A DNA stretch of 64,000 bases from an uncultured Methanosarcinales archaeon (GTDB taxonomy: Archaea > Halobacteriota > Methanosarcinia > Methanotrichales > Methanotrichaceae). Made by a program: the position numbers and the translations under genes. The stretch covers positions 160,001 through 224,000 of the forward strand of contig CAWJKV010000007.1 of the NCBI GenBank assembly GCA_963843555.1, written 5' to 3'. Of the stretch, positions 10,921 through 20,712 are shown piece by piece. The number at the start of each line of letters is the position of its first letter. The stretch's first letter is position 1. The notes beneath the pieces are model-generated. The model ran no database searches. It saw only the letters and a list, made by a program, of their open reading frames with translations, and had not been told where the DNA came from.

Positions 10921-12027
10921 TCAAGCACTTGATAGTTGGATACAAACCGGCGTTGGCACTGCGGCCACGTGCCCGGTTGCCTGCAGCATCCCGGAATCCT
11001 GATCGATCCAGAATGTGACCACGGTGTCCGTATCCTGGTTTGCCACAAGCATCAGTGCACCTGATGGATCGATGATGAAAGCGCGGGGACCTGCTCCCTG
11101 CGTCAATTCATGCCCGACAACCGACAACAGGCCGGTCTCGGGGTCGACGGCATAGATCACCAGGCTATCATGCCCCCGATTTGAGGCGTAGACAAAGCGA
11201 CCGGAAGGCGCAACCATGATCTCCCCGCCCAGGTTCTGGCCTGTGAAGTCGTAGGGGATGGTGGAAATGGTCTGTAACGCCTCAAATGTGCCCTGATGCT
11301 CCTGGTAGCGGCAAACTGTGACCGTGGATTGTAGTTCGCTGATGACGTAGGCGAAGGGTCGGTGTGGATGAAATGCCAGATGGCGCGGGCCTGTGCCGGG
11401 CGGCAGCTCTGTCCAGGGAGGATCGGCAGGGCTTAGCGTGCCCCGCTCCCTATCGAGGCAAAACGCCATCAGCCTGTCCGTGCCCAGGTCAACCGCCAGT
11501 ATGAAGCCGCCATCGGGGCTTGGCACAACCATATGGGCATGCGGGCTTTCCTGACGTTCGGGATTGGGCCCGGAACCGGAAAACTGAACTGTATCGGTTG
11601 CCTCTCCCAGGCTCCCGTCCTTTAGGATCGGCAAAACGCATATGTTGCCTGTCTCATAGTTGGCCACCAGGCAATAGCGTCCTGCAGGATCAATGCTTGC
11701 GTAGCAGGGAGCCGTGCCATGGGTTGATTGTTCATTCAGGTAGCTCAGATGCCCTGTTACCGGATCGATGGCAAAGACGCTCAAAGTCCCGTTAGGGGCT
11801 TCGCTTTTATAGAATTCGTTGACGGCGTACAGACGGTTTCTGTCCGGCCCCAGGATCAGAAACGAGGGATTGACCGTTCCGGCACCGGCTACAGTGGCGG
11901 CGTAGGTCAACTCACCTGAACTCAGATCCAGGTGATAGATGTAGATACCTTCGGCTTTGCCGTCAACAAATGACTCGCGCCGTGTATATGTTCCAATGTA
12001 GGTGATGATGCGATCTGAACTTACCAT
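10921..12027 (-). CDS. pgl: Lactonase family protein (6-phosphogluconolactonase, beta-propeller Pgl/YbhE type)
   Basis: YIGTYT, RQESPHAH, GPRHLAFHP and YASNRGHDS motifs. Confidence 0.88.
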   Translation of the reverse strand: MVSSDRIITYIGTYTRRESFVDGKAEGIYIYHLDLSSGELTYAATVAGAGTVNPSFLILGPDRNRLYAVNEFYKSEAPNGTLSVFAIDPVTGHLSYLNEQSTHGTAPCYASIDPAGRYCLVANYETGNICVLPILKDGSLGEATDTVQFSGSGPNPERQESPHAHMVVPSPDGGFILAVDLGTDRLMAFCLDRERGTLSPADPPWTELPPGTGPRHLAFHPHRPFAYVISELQSTVTVCRYQEHQGTFEALQTISTIPYDFTGQNLGGEIMVAPSGRFVYASNRGHDSLVIYAVDPETGLLSVVGHELTQGAGPRAFIIDPSGALMLVANQDTDTVVTFWIDQDSGMLQATGHVAAVPTPVCIQLSSA

Positions 12028-12073
12028 ATCTGCAGCCTCCTTATGAAGAATTGCATATGAATCTAATCAGGAA

Positions 12074-13009
12074 TCAGATGGGGTGAATCCTGCTCGTTCT
12101 CCTCTCATTGGCTATGTATTCGGACTTTCCATATGGATGTCCGCCAAATCCATGGCGAATTATGGCTATTGCTCTGGCTGCATCGCTATCCTTATTTCTG
12201 GACCTGAAAAGCTCAATGACCGATTGGGTAATTACCGGCAGAGGAATCTCTTTTTCGATACCTTCCTGAACCAGCCAGTTGACCTCTCCTGTGTCCTCGA
12301 TGTAGTCAGGAACTTCTTTAAGATCCTTGAAGTCTCCCAGACCCTTTTCCATCAACTCCACCAGCCAGCTCCTTATAACTGATCCATGTGACCAGACTCC
12401 AAAGATGTCACGCATATTCAGGTCGAAATCGGCGTGTTGCAGAAGCTCTACCCCTTCGCCTATGGCCTGAAGCATTCCAAACTCAATTCCGTTGTGCACC
12501 AGCTTAACAAAATGCCCGCTCCCCGGTTTTCCCGTGTGCAGATAACCTCCTTCAACTGCCAGAGCCTTCAAGATCGGCTCGCAGATCACAGCTGCTTCGG
12601 GCCTTCCACCAATCATGAAACAGGCTCCGTGACGTGCACCATCAATTCCACCACTGGTGCCGCAATCAACGAAATAGATACCTTGCTTCGAGATCTCCTC
12701 TTCTCTGCGGATGGAATCTTTGTAGTAGGAGTTGCCTCCATCCAGGATGACATCACCTTTCTCCAGGTGGGGAATTAGCTCTTTCAAAACCAGGTCAACT
12801 GTAGGTCCTGCTGGAAGAGATAGAAATATGACTCTAGGGTGGCTTAAATTTGCCAAAAAATTTGTGTAATCCTCTACTACTAATACCCCATTTTGGGTCA
12901 ATTCAGGCTTTTGTCCCCTCGCCTTTCCCACGATCTTGATGCCCTTTTCCACACCGTGGAGGGCGATGTTCGCACCCATTTTGCCAAGACCGATAATTCC
13001 AAGTTCCAT
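12074..13009 (-). CDS. gnd: Short-type decarboxylating 6-phosphogluconate dehydrogenase
   Basis: GLGKMG, DGGNS, DCGTSGG, GHFVKLVHNGIEFG and RHGFGGH motifs. Confidence 0.9.
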   Translation of the reverse strand: MELGIIGLGKMGANIALHGVEKGIKIVGKARGQKPELTQNGVLVVEDYTNFLANLSHPRVIFLSLPAGPTVDLVLKELIPHLEKGDVILDGGNSYYKDSIRREEEISKQGIYFVDCGTSGGIDGARHGACFMIGGRPEAAVICEPILKALAVEGGYLHTGKPGSGHFVKLVHNGIEFGMLQAIGEGVELLQHADFDLNMRDIFGVWSHGSVIRSWLVELMEKGLGDFKDLKEVPDYIEDTGEVNWLVQEGIEKEIPLPVITQSVIELFRSRNKDSDAARAIAIIRHGFGGHPYGKSEYIANERRTSRIHPI

Positions 13010-13076
13010 CTCCAGTACATCCAGATATTATCAAATGTTGATATTTCTGGTAATTTATAGATATTTGAGATGCAAT

Positions 13077-13100
13077 CATAAAAGTATGAATAGTTATGAA
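13077..13100 (-). promoter_or_regulatory. Conserved 24-bp motif copy 2 (TTCATAACTATTCATACTTTTATG) upstream of gnd operon
   Basis: Identical to copy 3; followed by atctcaaa and CTATAAAT. Confidence 0.85.
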
Positions 13101-13209
13101 GGCTCCAACGCTCCTGGGAGACAGGCTCATTGGGGCTGGCTTTATTGGTTTCCAAAGACCGCTGGAATCACCATCATACGGCAAAGACATCCGCGATTTC
13201 GTTAATTAG

Positions 13210-13815
13210 CTATGCCTCCTTATCGCCAGTGAGATGGGGAGAGAAAGAGTAGTATAATTGCGCCGCAATATACCCGGCAAGAGCGATCTTTGGAGAGATT
13301 AATGCAAGGATCATTGCAAAGCCAGTAATAGCGGCGGCAAATTGCCGCCTCCTCTTCAAAGCATTAAGCTCGCCTCTTGCCGATTCATCGACGAGGATAT
13401 GGGGAGTGGTGACTGCTGAACGTATGATTGTGTTCATCATAGCCGATGCCGCCAGTAGATTTAAACCGTAGATTACCACCGGGAAAGCTGAATAGAGGCT
13501 ATTGATGTGAGTAGCCATGAACTTCGTAGTGAATGGAAGCAGCGACACGAAGAACAGCATTAAAAGAGTAAATCGGTATGTCCGGGGGGTCTCTTGTTTG
13601 GTCAAATAGGTAATTTCAGAATGCGCCAGCCAAAAGCTACCGATAAATGCAAAGCTAATGATGTACGCGATGAAATCAGGCCATAATGGCATGAGCGCTG
13701 TAATATCTTCGGATACCTCTGGTATAGGAAGATCGAGCACCAGTAATGTGATGACTATTGCAAACACGCCATCGGCGAATGCATCTAAACGACCTTTGGG
13801 CAGGGATTTAATCAT
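13210..13815 (-). CDS. TMEM175 family K+ channel, copy 1
   Basis: RLDAFADGVFAIVITLLVL signature, FWLAH, LLPFTT. Confidence 0.88.
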   Translation of the reverse strand: MIKSLPKGRLDAFADGVFAIVITLLVLDLPIPEVSEDITALMPLWPDFIAYIISFAFIGSFWLAHSEITYLTKQETPRTYRFTLLMLFFVSLLPFTTKFMATHINSLYSAFPVVIYGLNLLAASAMMNTIIRSAVTTPHILVDESARGELNALKRRRQFAAAITGFAMILALISPKIALAGYIAAQLYYSFSPHLTGDKEA

Positions 13816-13889
13816 TGTTATCAACCTCACACTAGAACCTGCTTCTTCCTTCTGGCTTTTGCCCTCTCGCCTTTCCCATCTTCATCCCT

Positions 13890-15155
13890 TCATCTATCTT
13901 TTGCATCAGCTCCGGTCGTGACTGTGGCGAACTGCCGTGTCCCTCCGTCGCGGTCCGAGAGGGCGCTGATCAGGATCGTTTCCTCCGGTCTGGGCGTGTC
14001 TGGCAGTTGGACGTGCACGATCACGCTCGCCGATTCGCTGGGATTCAGAACTGGTGTCCGTCCCGGGATAAGGCTGGCTGACCAGGGCGGAGGAGCCGAA
14101 GGCCAGGTGAAGTCCTCGGCCATCAGGGCGTAATCGGTAGGCTGCGTGTCCTGGTTGGTCACCGTGACGCTGTATGATACCACGCTGCCAGGTGATCCCT
14201 GGCCCGTCTGGTTGGCCGGGCTGAGGTCGATCCCAGGATCTGACTGTAGCACGACTTGAGGATCGTCGCCCTGCTCAGGTCCCCACACCTCTCGCCAGGG
14301 ACCCGAATCGGGTTTCAGGTACAGGTCAAAGAAAGTCAACATCTCGCGGCGCGCGATCTCCAATTGTTCCGCACGCGGCAGCGAGCCTGAGTCGCAGAAT
14401 GGGATGTTGCTGTCCAGGAAGCCACAGTGACACCCTCCCTGGATGAGCAATAATTGGCGCGGTGGCCGGGCCACGGTGTACATCGCCTGCGTGTTGGTCT
14501 GCCAGTCCACGATGTCGTCCTGATCGCCCGTAATCAGCCGCACTGGCGCGCTGATGTTCGGCATTTGGGCGATGGCCGAGGGATTGGTCTCGGCAGCAGC
14601 CAGCGTGATCAGAGCCCGCACGCGCGAGTCGGCTGCCGCGGCCAGGATGCTCGAGCCGCCGCCCATCGAATGACCGGCTATGCCAAAATGGGCGGTGTCC
14701 ACCTGCCCGAAGAGCCATGAATCGGGATTCGCGTTCTCCGACTCCAAAAAGTCAAGGCTGTAGCGAAAGTCTTCTGCGAATCCCTGGTGGCTGGGGAACA
14801 AGAAGGTCATGTACGACATGGGAGCGATCACCAGGTAGCCATGGGATGCCAGGTGTTCCAAGGTGCTGCGGTAGGAGTTCGGATGCACCGTGAAGCCGTG
14901 GCCGAAGGTTACAGCCGGATAGGGTGCGCTGCTGCCATTGTACGGCGCGCCGTCGCCTGCGGTCGTGGCGGGATAGTACAACTGGGATGTGAAGGTCTGG
15001 CCGTTGGGGCGGAGAATGGTCACGACCTGAAGGCCAGCGCCAAAGGGACCTGGATCGGCCAGATCGGCGTCTACGGCTGTGCTCTGCCCCAGCACCCCCA
15101 GCAGCAAGGTGAGCAAGCAGGTCGTAGAAATCCAAACCGAGTTGTGCGTGGACAT
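13890..15155 (-). CDS. Secreted alpha/beta hydrolase (chlorophyllase/cutinase/PETase-like fold) with C-terminal Ig-like domain
   Basis: Signal peptide; HGF oxyanion region; HLASHGY; GHSMGGG nucleophile; GDQDDIV; GGCHCGF; beta-rich tail. Confidence 0.75.
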   Translation of the reverse strand: MSTHNSVWISTTCLLTLLLGVLGQSTAVDADLADPGPFGAGLQVVTILRPNGQTFTSQLYYPATTAGDGAPYNGSSAPYPAVTFGHGFTVHPNSYRSTLEHLASHGYLVIAPMSYMTFLFPSHQGFAEDFRYSLDFLESENANPDSWLFGQVDTAHFGIAGHSMGGGSSILAAAADSRVRALITLAAAETNPSAIAQMPNISAPVRLITGDQDDIVDWQTNTQAMYTVARPPRQLLLIQGGCHCGFLDSNIPFCDSGSLPRAEQLEIARREMLTFFDLYLKPDSGPWREVWGPEQGDDPQVVLQSDPGIDLSPANQTGQGSPGSVVSYSVTVTNQDTQPTDYALMAEDFTWPSAPPPWSASLIPGRTPVLNPSESASVIVHVQLPDTPRPEETILISALSDRDGGTRQFATVTTGADAKDR

Positions 15156-15410
15156 GGAGTCACCTAGAACTTGTTATTGAAGGCAGTAAAGACCAGATTT
15201 GATACTGGAAGTACTTCAGAGCTATTCTGACTTGCATTGTCATGACTGGTTGGTTTAGTGAATTGGTACTTAATGGATTCTCTTGCGAGAGGGATTTGGC
15301 GGATAAAGTAGTCTTGCCGAGGTTATCTCTGACAAACTCGTCAAAGCTGGACATGCCAATGTTAATGAAGGATCGCCCATGAAGTTGTATGAAGAGCTAA
15401 ACGCGAATCT

Positions 15411-16469
15411 TCAAAATCCGGACAATGATGTTGTCATCAACTCTTGGTCCCCCTTTACGCTCACCTGAATGGAAGAGCTTCGTTTTAACATCTCCTTCAT
15501 CCAAATAGAATCCTTCACCATGCCTGCCCTGCTTACCGGATCATAATACTCAAACGACCACGATCCATTATTCTGGGAGGCATTTACGGCTACAGCGCAA
15601 GCCCTCCACCGGAAAAGCACAACCTTTGGGTCAGAATCAGCGAGATGCAAAGCCTCTTTCAGATCCGAAGCTGAATTTGGATCTCCAGAGTCCCGTTCTA
15701 CATGCAGTCGAGGGTAAGAAGCAATGTATGACATATTGTTGCTGAGAGAGTTGTAGCTATAGACCTGGAAACTGCTTTCATTCTTGTTCAGAATATTCCA
15801 TTGAAAAAGGCTCCAATCGGGAAAGATCTCAAAATCTCCTTTAAGGTTTCCCGCAATATTTCCATGATTTTCGAGAGCAAGAGCCCTCTCTTTTCCCTCC
15901 ACTCGCGCGCCTCCGACCACCAATATCATGATCAGAAACAGCACTAAGAGCTTGTTATTTGTGTTTCGGGAAACGGATTTCCTTCCAAAGAAACCTCTGA
16001 TTAACCACAGGGCTATGCACACGCTGGACACCAAGATTATGATCTCATAATGGAAGAGCAGCTCCGCTGAGAATCTTGCTGTATCCAAGGGATAAAGCAG
16101 GGGCACTCCCTTAGTGATGAGATAATCCAGGAATAGGTGCATAAGGACTCCGGCGAACGCCAGAGCTGCCACTGGCCAGGAGAGGCTGAAATCAATTCCA
16201 GTCCAGCGCATGAAGATGTCTCTGGCCGGTGGTCGCGAGATCAGGAGCATAGCTACCAGAGCTGTCAAGGAACCGAATATCAATGAATGGGTTATCCCCC
16301 GATGTACCAGGAGAAGATCTGGCGAGGGAAAGATTATTGCGAGCCAGATGATGAAGACATCCAGGTCCGGGGCCACTCCTCCGATTACAAAGGCCGCTAG
16401 CAGCTTTCTATCCAACTTGAAGGAGCTTCCCAAAAGATACGGCAACACCGCATGAGAAATTATGTCCAT
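15411..16469 (-). CDS. YdjM-like membrane metal-dependent hydrolase
   Basis: SH..APDLD..HRGITHS..HLFLD motifs and TM helices. Confidence 0.8.
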   Translation of the reverse strand: MDIISHAVLPYLLGSSFKLDRKLLAAFVIGGVAPDLDVFIIWLAIIFPSPDLLLVHRGITHSLIFGSLTALVAMLLISRPPARDIFMRWTGIDFSLSWPVAALAFAGVLMHLFLDYLITKGVPLLYPLDTARFSAELLFHYEIIILVSSVCIALWLIRGFFGRKSVSRNTNNKLLVLFLIMILVVGGARVEGKERALALENHGNIAGNLKGDFEIFPDWSLFQWNILNKNESSFQVYSYNSLSNNMSYIASYPRLHVERDSGDPNSASDLKEALHLADSDPKVVLFRWRACAVAVNASQNNGSWSFEYYDPVSRAGMVKDSIWMKEMLKRSSSIQVSVKGDQELMTTSLSGF

Positions 16470-16885
16470 TCAATTCTCTGGGCTTGATATCTCTTAATCA
16501 TTCATTTTCCGATTGATGGATTAATTTCCGCTATACCTTTCAAATAACATCTTGGATACATATAAATGCTTTGCAGTAGCAGTCAACTTTTCGGCATCCA
16601 CTTGAATCGCTTCCTATGACTTGGCCGGGGACTGGCTCGCTTCACGCAAAAGTCGTCACTTATGTCAAGCGGTCACGGCTCGTTTAAGCCTTTCTAATGC
16701 GAATACTGTCGCTTAAAAGGAGATGATGGTCCAAGTAAAATCCCTCATTTGAGTTTTTCGAAACATTTATTTACCATTACTCAGATACCCAAACTCTAGC
16801 ATTATCGTCAGATTGGCAAGCAATCAACTGGATAGACTGAGGGAATATGCGACGAAAACGGTTTCTGAGATGGAGTTGAATCGCG

Positions 16886-17971
16886 ATGACGGTAACCTCT
16901 GATATGATGATAGTATACGCCGTAATCATAAGTCGCTTCTTGTTGCCTCTTGCCATTCCGCGATTTCCTCTTCCTGCAGTCGTGGCCTGCATGCTGTTGG
17001 ATGCAGCAGACTACCAAATTTTCAACTTCTTCACAAGTCTGCCTATTGAAAGCCTGGAATTCTATCAAGGCTATGATAAATCTCTTGATATCTATTATTT
17101 GGGCATAGCCTATATTTCCACGCTTCGCAATTGGACAAATCCCTTCGCGTTCAAGCTTGACAAGTTCCTCTTCTTTTACCGTCTTGTAGGTGTGGCCCTC
17201 TTCGAGCTGACTCAGATTAGAGCAGTTCTGCTCATCTTTCCCAACACCTTCGAGTATTTCTTTATCGCAATCGAGGCCTTCCGCATGAGGCAAGACCCAC
17301 GGAAGCTCACCAAGAGATTATTGATTATCATTGCAGCATTCATCTGGATCTACATCAAGCTCCCACAGGAGTTATGGATTCATATCATCCAGCCAAATTA
17401 CCCCGATCTGATCACTGATAATCCATGGACTATATTGGTTGCAGCAGTATGGTTTGCAGGAATAGCAGCATTTGCATGGTGGCTGCTGAAAGAGAAGCAG
17501 GCCGGTAGGCAGGTTTCATTCAAGGCGGATCCCATTCCCCAGGATTTAGCATTAAAAGCCGAGCAAAGAGGCACGACTTCGAAGTCCAATCGCTTCCTCG
17601 ATGCAGCGCTCATAGAAAAGATTGCAATGATCTCGCTTCTCAGCGTTATCTTTGCCCAGGTACTCCCGGATGTAAAGGCCAGCGGCATCCAGATCGCCAT
17701 CGGAGTGGCTTTATTAGTGATAGTTAACACTGCACTCAGCCACTGGCTTTCCAGGCGCGGGACTGAGTGGAAGTCCATTTTACAGGAGTTCGTCGTCATG
17801 GCGCTGGTGAATTTCAGCCTGATCCTGGCAGCTGACTTTCTGCTGCCCAGATTCGATGGCTCAATCAATCTTAGCACCGCGTTGTTCTTTGTCCTGCTCC
17901 TGACTCTGAATGTTACCCTCTATGACAGATATCACCAGATATATGTGCACCGATTTGCAGACAGTGGATAG
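16886..17971 (+). CDS. Multi-pass membrane protein of unknown function
   Basis: 361-aa hydrophobic ORF with LDAAD...YDKSLD motif. Confidence 0.7.
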   Translation: MTVTSDMMIVYAVIISRFLLPLAIPRFPLPAVVACMLLDAADYQIFNFFTSLPIESLEFYQGYDKSLDIYYLGIAYISTLRNWTNPFAFKLDKFLFFYRLVGVALFELTQIRAVLLIFPNTFEYFFIAIEAFRMRQDPRKLTKRLLIIIAAFIWIYIKLPQELWIHIIQPNYPDLITDNPWTILVAAVWFAGIAAFAWWLLKEKQAGRQVSFKADPIPQDLALKAEQRGTTSKSNRFLDAALIEKIAMISLLSVIFAQVLPDVKASGIQIAIGVALLVIVNTALSHWLSRRGTEWKSILQEFVVMALVNFSLILAADFLLPRFDGSINLSTALFFVLLLTLNVTLYDRYHQIYVHRFADSG

Positions 17972-18203
17972 TTGAGGTTGCGACGGCGGACGGCGGAACC
18001 CTCTGCAAGCTACGGGATAGTCCTTAAGTTCGATTTCCCTGACCAACCCAGCCTGCAGTTCGAACTACCCTCCCAGTAAGGTCGTTATTATTTGCGATTA
18101 TGATTCCGATAATGGCGGTTCCTAATCCCATCGTAACCTTGGCGGATGAGTTGCGCTCATGTGCTCGGTAGTATACGATTTACAGCAACATGACACGCTA
18201 CCG

Positions 18204-18227
18204 TTCATAACTTATCATACTTCTATG
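18204..18227 (+). promoter_or_regulatory. Conserved 24-bp motif copy 5 (TTCATAACTTATCATACTTCTATG) upstream of crystallin gene
   Basis: Matches consensus; GTATTAAT box at the same spacing. Confidence 0.75.
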
Positions 18228-18287
18228 ATTCTTTCTTAAATAAGTATTAATTTGATGGAATTCCAATAAGTCTGATTAGGTGATAAA

Positions 18288-18656
18288 ATGAAATTCACTG
18301 GAAAAATAGCCATGGGAATACTAATCGCCGCAGTTGCGCTAATTGCGGTTGGCATCGCCCAAAACGAGACTGCAACAGAGATTCCCGAAGCAATAGTATT
18401 TTCAGGTACTATGATGGAGGGTAATCACAGACATGTCTTTATGAGTATACCAGATTTGACTGTTGGCTCAAATGAGTGGAACGATGACATCTCATCGATT
18501 GTAGTCATTTCCGGGGAATGGACTTTCTTTGAGGCTCCTCTAGGCGCCGGGGAAGTGCCAAATCCATCCGTTACATTGGGGCCCGGAGTTTATCCTGATG
18601 TAGCGAAAGAGAAAATACCGGACAATTCTATCTCACAAATCCGTTTAGAAGCCTAG
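18288..18656 (+). CDS. Secreted single-domain betagamma-crystallin-like protein
   Basis: Signal peptide; WNDDISSIVVISGEWTFFE and LGPGVYP..PDNSISQIR Greek-key/Ca-site motifs. Confidence 0.75.
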   Translation: MKFTGKIAMGILIAAVALIAVGIAQNETATEIPEAIVFSGTMMEGNHRHVFMSIPDLTVGSNEWNDDISSIVVISGEWTFFEAPLGAGEVPNPSVTLGPGVYPDVAKEKIPDNSISQIRLEA

Positions 18657-18959
18657 ACGAAAAAAGCAGGTAAGGCCTAAGCAGGATCCTTGGGGTCCAG
18701 GCTTTATCTGTTCTATCCTTTTTCCTTTGAGAGTGTAATAGAAAGCATCGATGAATCCTGATTCGCACCCAAAACTATGAAAACGATTTCAGGGAAACAT
18801 ATTTTGATATGGTTGAAGGCTGCTGAATAGCTAGGGATCTGGATCCCATCATAAAAGTAGCCCGACTCTCTCTTGAGCGTTGACTGAGCAATAAACAAGA
18901 TCAAGAATCGGGCCTTCTCACCATTGCCACCACTCTGTCTCCAGATTTTAGCGATTTAA

Positions 18960-19226
18960 TCTTTCTTCTGTTTCTGCGACTTTCTTTTGAGTCATGGCAA
19001 GGCGTTTTTAAAGGCTCATTCTCGGCATGAGCCTGTCCGAGCAGCCTCTCAACTCCGCAATCCTTGCCTCGTACTTGTACCTCTTGCCATTGCCGCTAAA
19101 CGCTTTTTCGGGATTCTCGCCCAATTCATCTCTTGAAGTCCCGGTCATAGCGCCGCCTCGTCTTCTTCATGTACTTCCCTCCATGAGTTGATGTTACTTA
19201 ACTCATTTTCCACTGGGCGGGGTTCA
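18960..19226 (-). mobile_element. IS3-family remnant (internally deleted orfA and probable left end)
   Basis: From ATG 19170: MKKTRRRYDRDFK / ENPEKAFSGNGKRYKYEARIAEL / RLLGQAHAENE. TGAACCCCGCCC at 19226 resembles IS3-type ends. Confidence 0.6.
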
Positions 19227-19800
19227 CTCCAAAGGAGTAGTATAATTGCGCCGCAACATACCCGGCAAGAGCGATTCTTGGAGAGAATAACGCAAAGATT
19301 ATCGCACAGCCAGTAATAACGGCGGCAATTTGCCGCCTCCGCTTCAAAGCATTAAGCTCGCCTCTTGCCGACTCATCGACGAGGATATCGGGAGTGCTGA
19401 CTGCTGAACGTATGATCGTGTTCATCATAGCCGATGCTGCCAGTAGATCTAACCCGTAGATTATTACCGGGAAAGCTGGATAGGGGCCATCGATGTGAGT
19501 AGCCATGAACTTCGTAGTGAATGGAAGCAGCGACACGAAGAACAGCATTAAAAGAGTAAATCGGTACGAACGGGGGGTTTCTTGTTTGGTCAAATAGGTG
19601 ATTGAAGAATGCGCTAGCCAAAAACTACCGATAAATGCAAAGCTTATGATGTAAGCGAAGAAATCAGGCCATAATGGCATAAGCGCTGTAAAATCTTCGG
19701 ATGCCTCTGGTATGGGTAGATCGAGCACCAGTAACGTGATGACTATCGCAAACACGCCATCAGCGAATGCATCTAAACGACCTTTGGAAAGGGATTTCAT
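19198..19800 (-). CDS. TMEM175 family K+ channel, copy 2
   Basis: Close paralog of 13210..13815 with a different C-terminus after LYYSF. Confidence 0.88.
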   Translation of the reverse strand: MKSLSKGRLDAFADGVFAIVITLLVLDLPIPEASEDFTALMPLWPDFFAYIISFAFIGSFWLAHSSITYLTKQETPRSYRFTLLMLFFVSLLPFTTKFMATHIDGPYPAFPVIIYGLDLLAASAMMNTIIRSAVSTPDILVDESARGELNALKRRRQIAAVITGCAIIFALFSPRIALAGYVAAQLYYSFGVNPAQWKMS

Positions 19801-19990
19801 TATGTTATCCACTTCAATGAGCAATAGGCCGGAGGCTGTACCTTTTGGCATGGGAATTCCAGTGCAATCATCTTTGCATGACTCATCTCATCCCTCCCAA
19901 ACAATGGTCACAATTGTAAGCGTCACAAACAATGCTTGGGCAGCTCCCAGCAATGCCAGGAGTGCCAAGATCGTCATGATAAATGACAGC

Positions 19991-20512
19991 CTACTTCTTC
20001 TTTTTTGCCTCTGCGAGCGCTGCACCCATCAAGATTATCGCTTCAGGTTGAAGCAGACCCTGCGAGATCAAGACCCCGTTCGAGTTTCGAAGAGCTTCTT
20101 TTATGCCCTTTGCCCATAAATGCTCAACGAGCATTATAAGCGCGGAGCTATTATTGGGGATCTTGTCTGCCCCTAAATTCAAGATATCGTCTATTGAATA
20201 ACCAAAGCTCCCATCAGCCGCCAATTCTGCACCAGCCTCTGCACCGGCTTTCGCCCCTTCAATCCCGCCTGCGCCCAAACCAAGAAGTGCACCAACCGCG
20301 GCCCCCAGTTTAATAACCTCATCTTTTCCTAAATCTGTGCCTTCAATAGAGGTGATATTTCCTTTCGCATCCTTTGTTACGAAAAGGTAGTCAATTAAAC
20401 GAATGACGCCCTTCTTCTTGGCATCATTTAGAGCTGGAAGGATCTCTCCACTGAACTTGTTACCAGGAAACCCGATAACAAACATCTGTATTGGTCCATA
20501 CATCACTGTCAT
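19991..20512 (-). CDS. DUF1269/DUF6325-like protein with glycine-zipper segment
   Basis: GPIQMFVIGFPG, IRLID, GAAVGALLGLGAGG, SSALIMLVEHLWA. Confidence 0.7.
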   Translation of the reverse strand: MTVMYGPIQMFVIGFPGNKFSGEILPALNDAKKKGVIRLIDYLFVTKDAKGNITSIEGTDLGKDEVIKLGAAVGALLGLGAGGIEGAKAGAEAGAELAADGSFGYSIDDILNLGADKIPNNSSALIMLVEHLWAKGIKEALRNSNGVLISQGLLQPEAIILMGAALAEAKKKK

Positions 20513-20593
20513 GATTCATTCCTCTTATTTCTAATTCCACTAATAACAATTATACAAGCTTTTTTTGAGATATATAGCTTTTTGAGATTCCTG

Positions 20594-20617
20594 CATAAAA
20601 GTATGAATAGTTATGAA
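20594..20617 (-). promoter_or_regulatory. Conserved 24-bp motif copy 3 upstream of DUF1269-like gene
   Basis: Identical to copy 2; followed by atctcaaaaa and CTATATAT. Confidence 0.85.
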
Positions 20618-20712
20618 GCATGAGGCAATAAGATCATATTTAACAGGACGATCGGAGACCTGAAGATCACCGGCTGGCTGACATCTTTTATATGATCGGC
20701 ATGCTGTAGACC

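Noticed and set aside
19889..19978. 29-aa hydrophobic minus-strand ORF between DUF1269-like and TMEM175 genes
   Set aside because: Too short, no clear RBS or family signal; cannot be supported.
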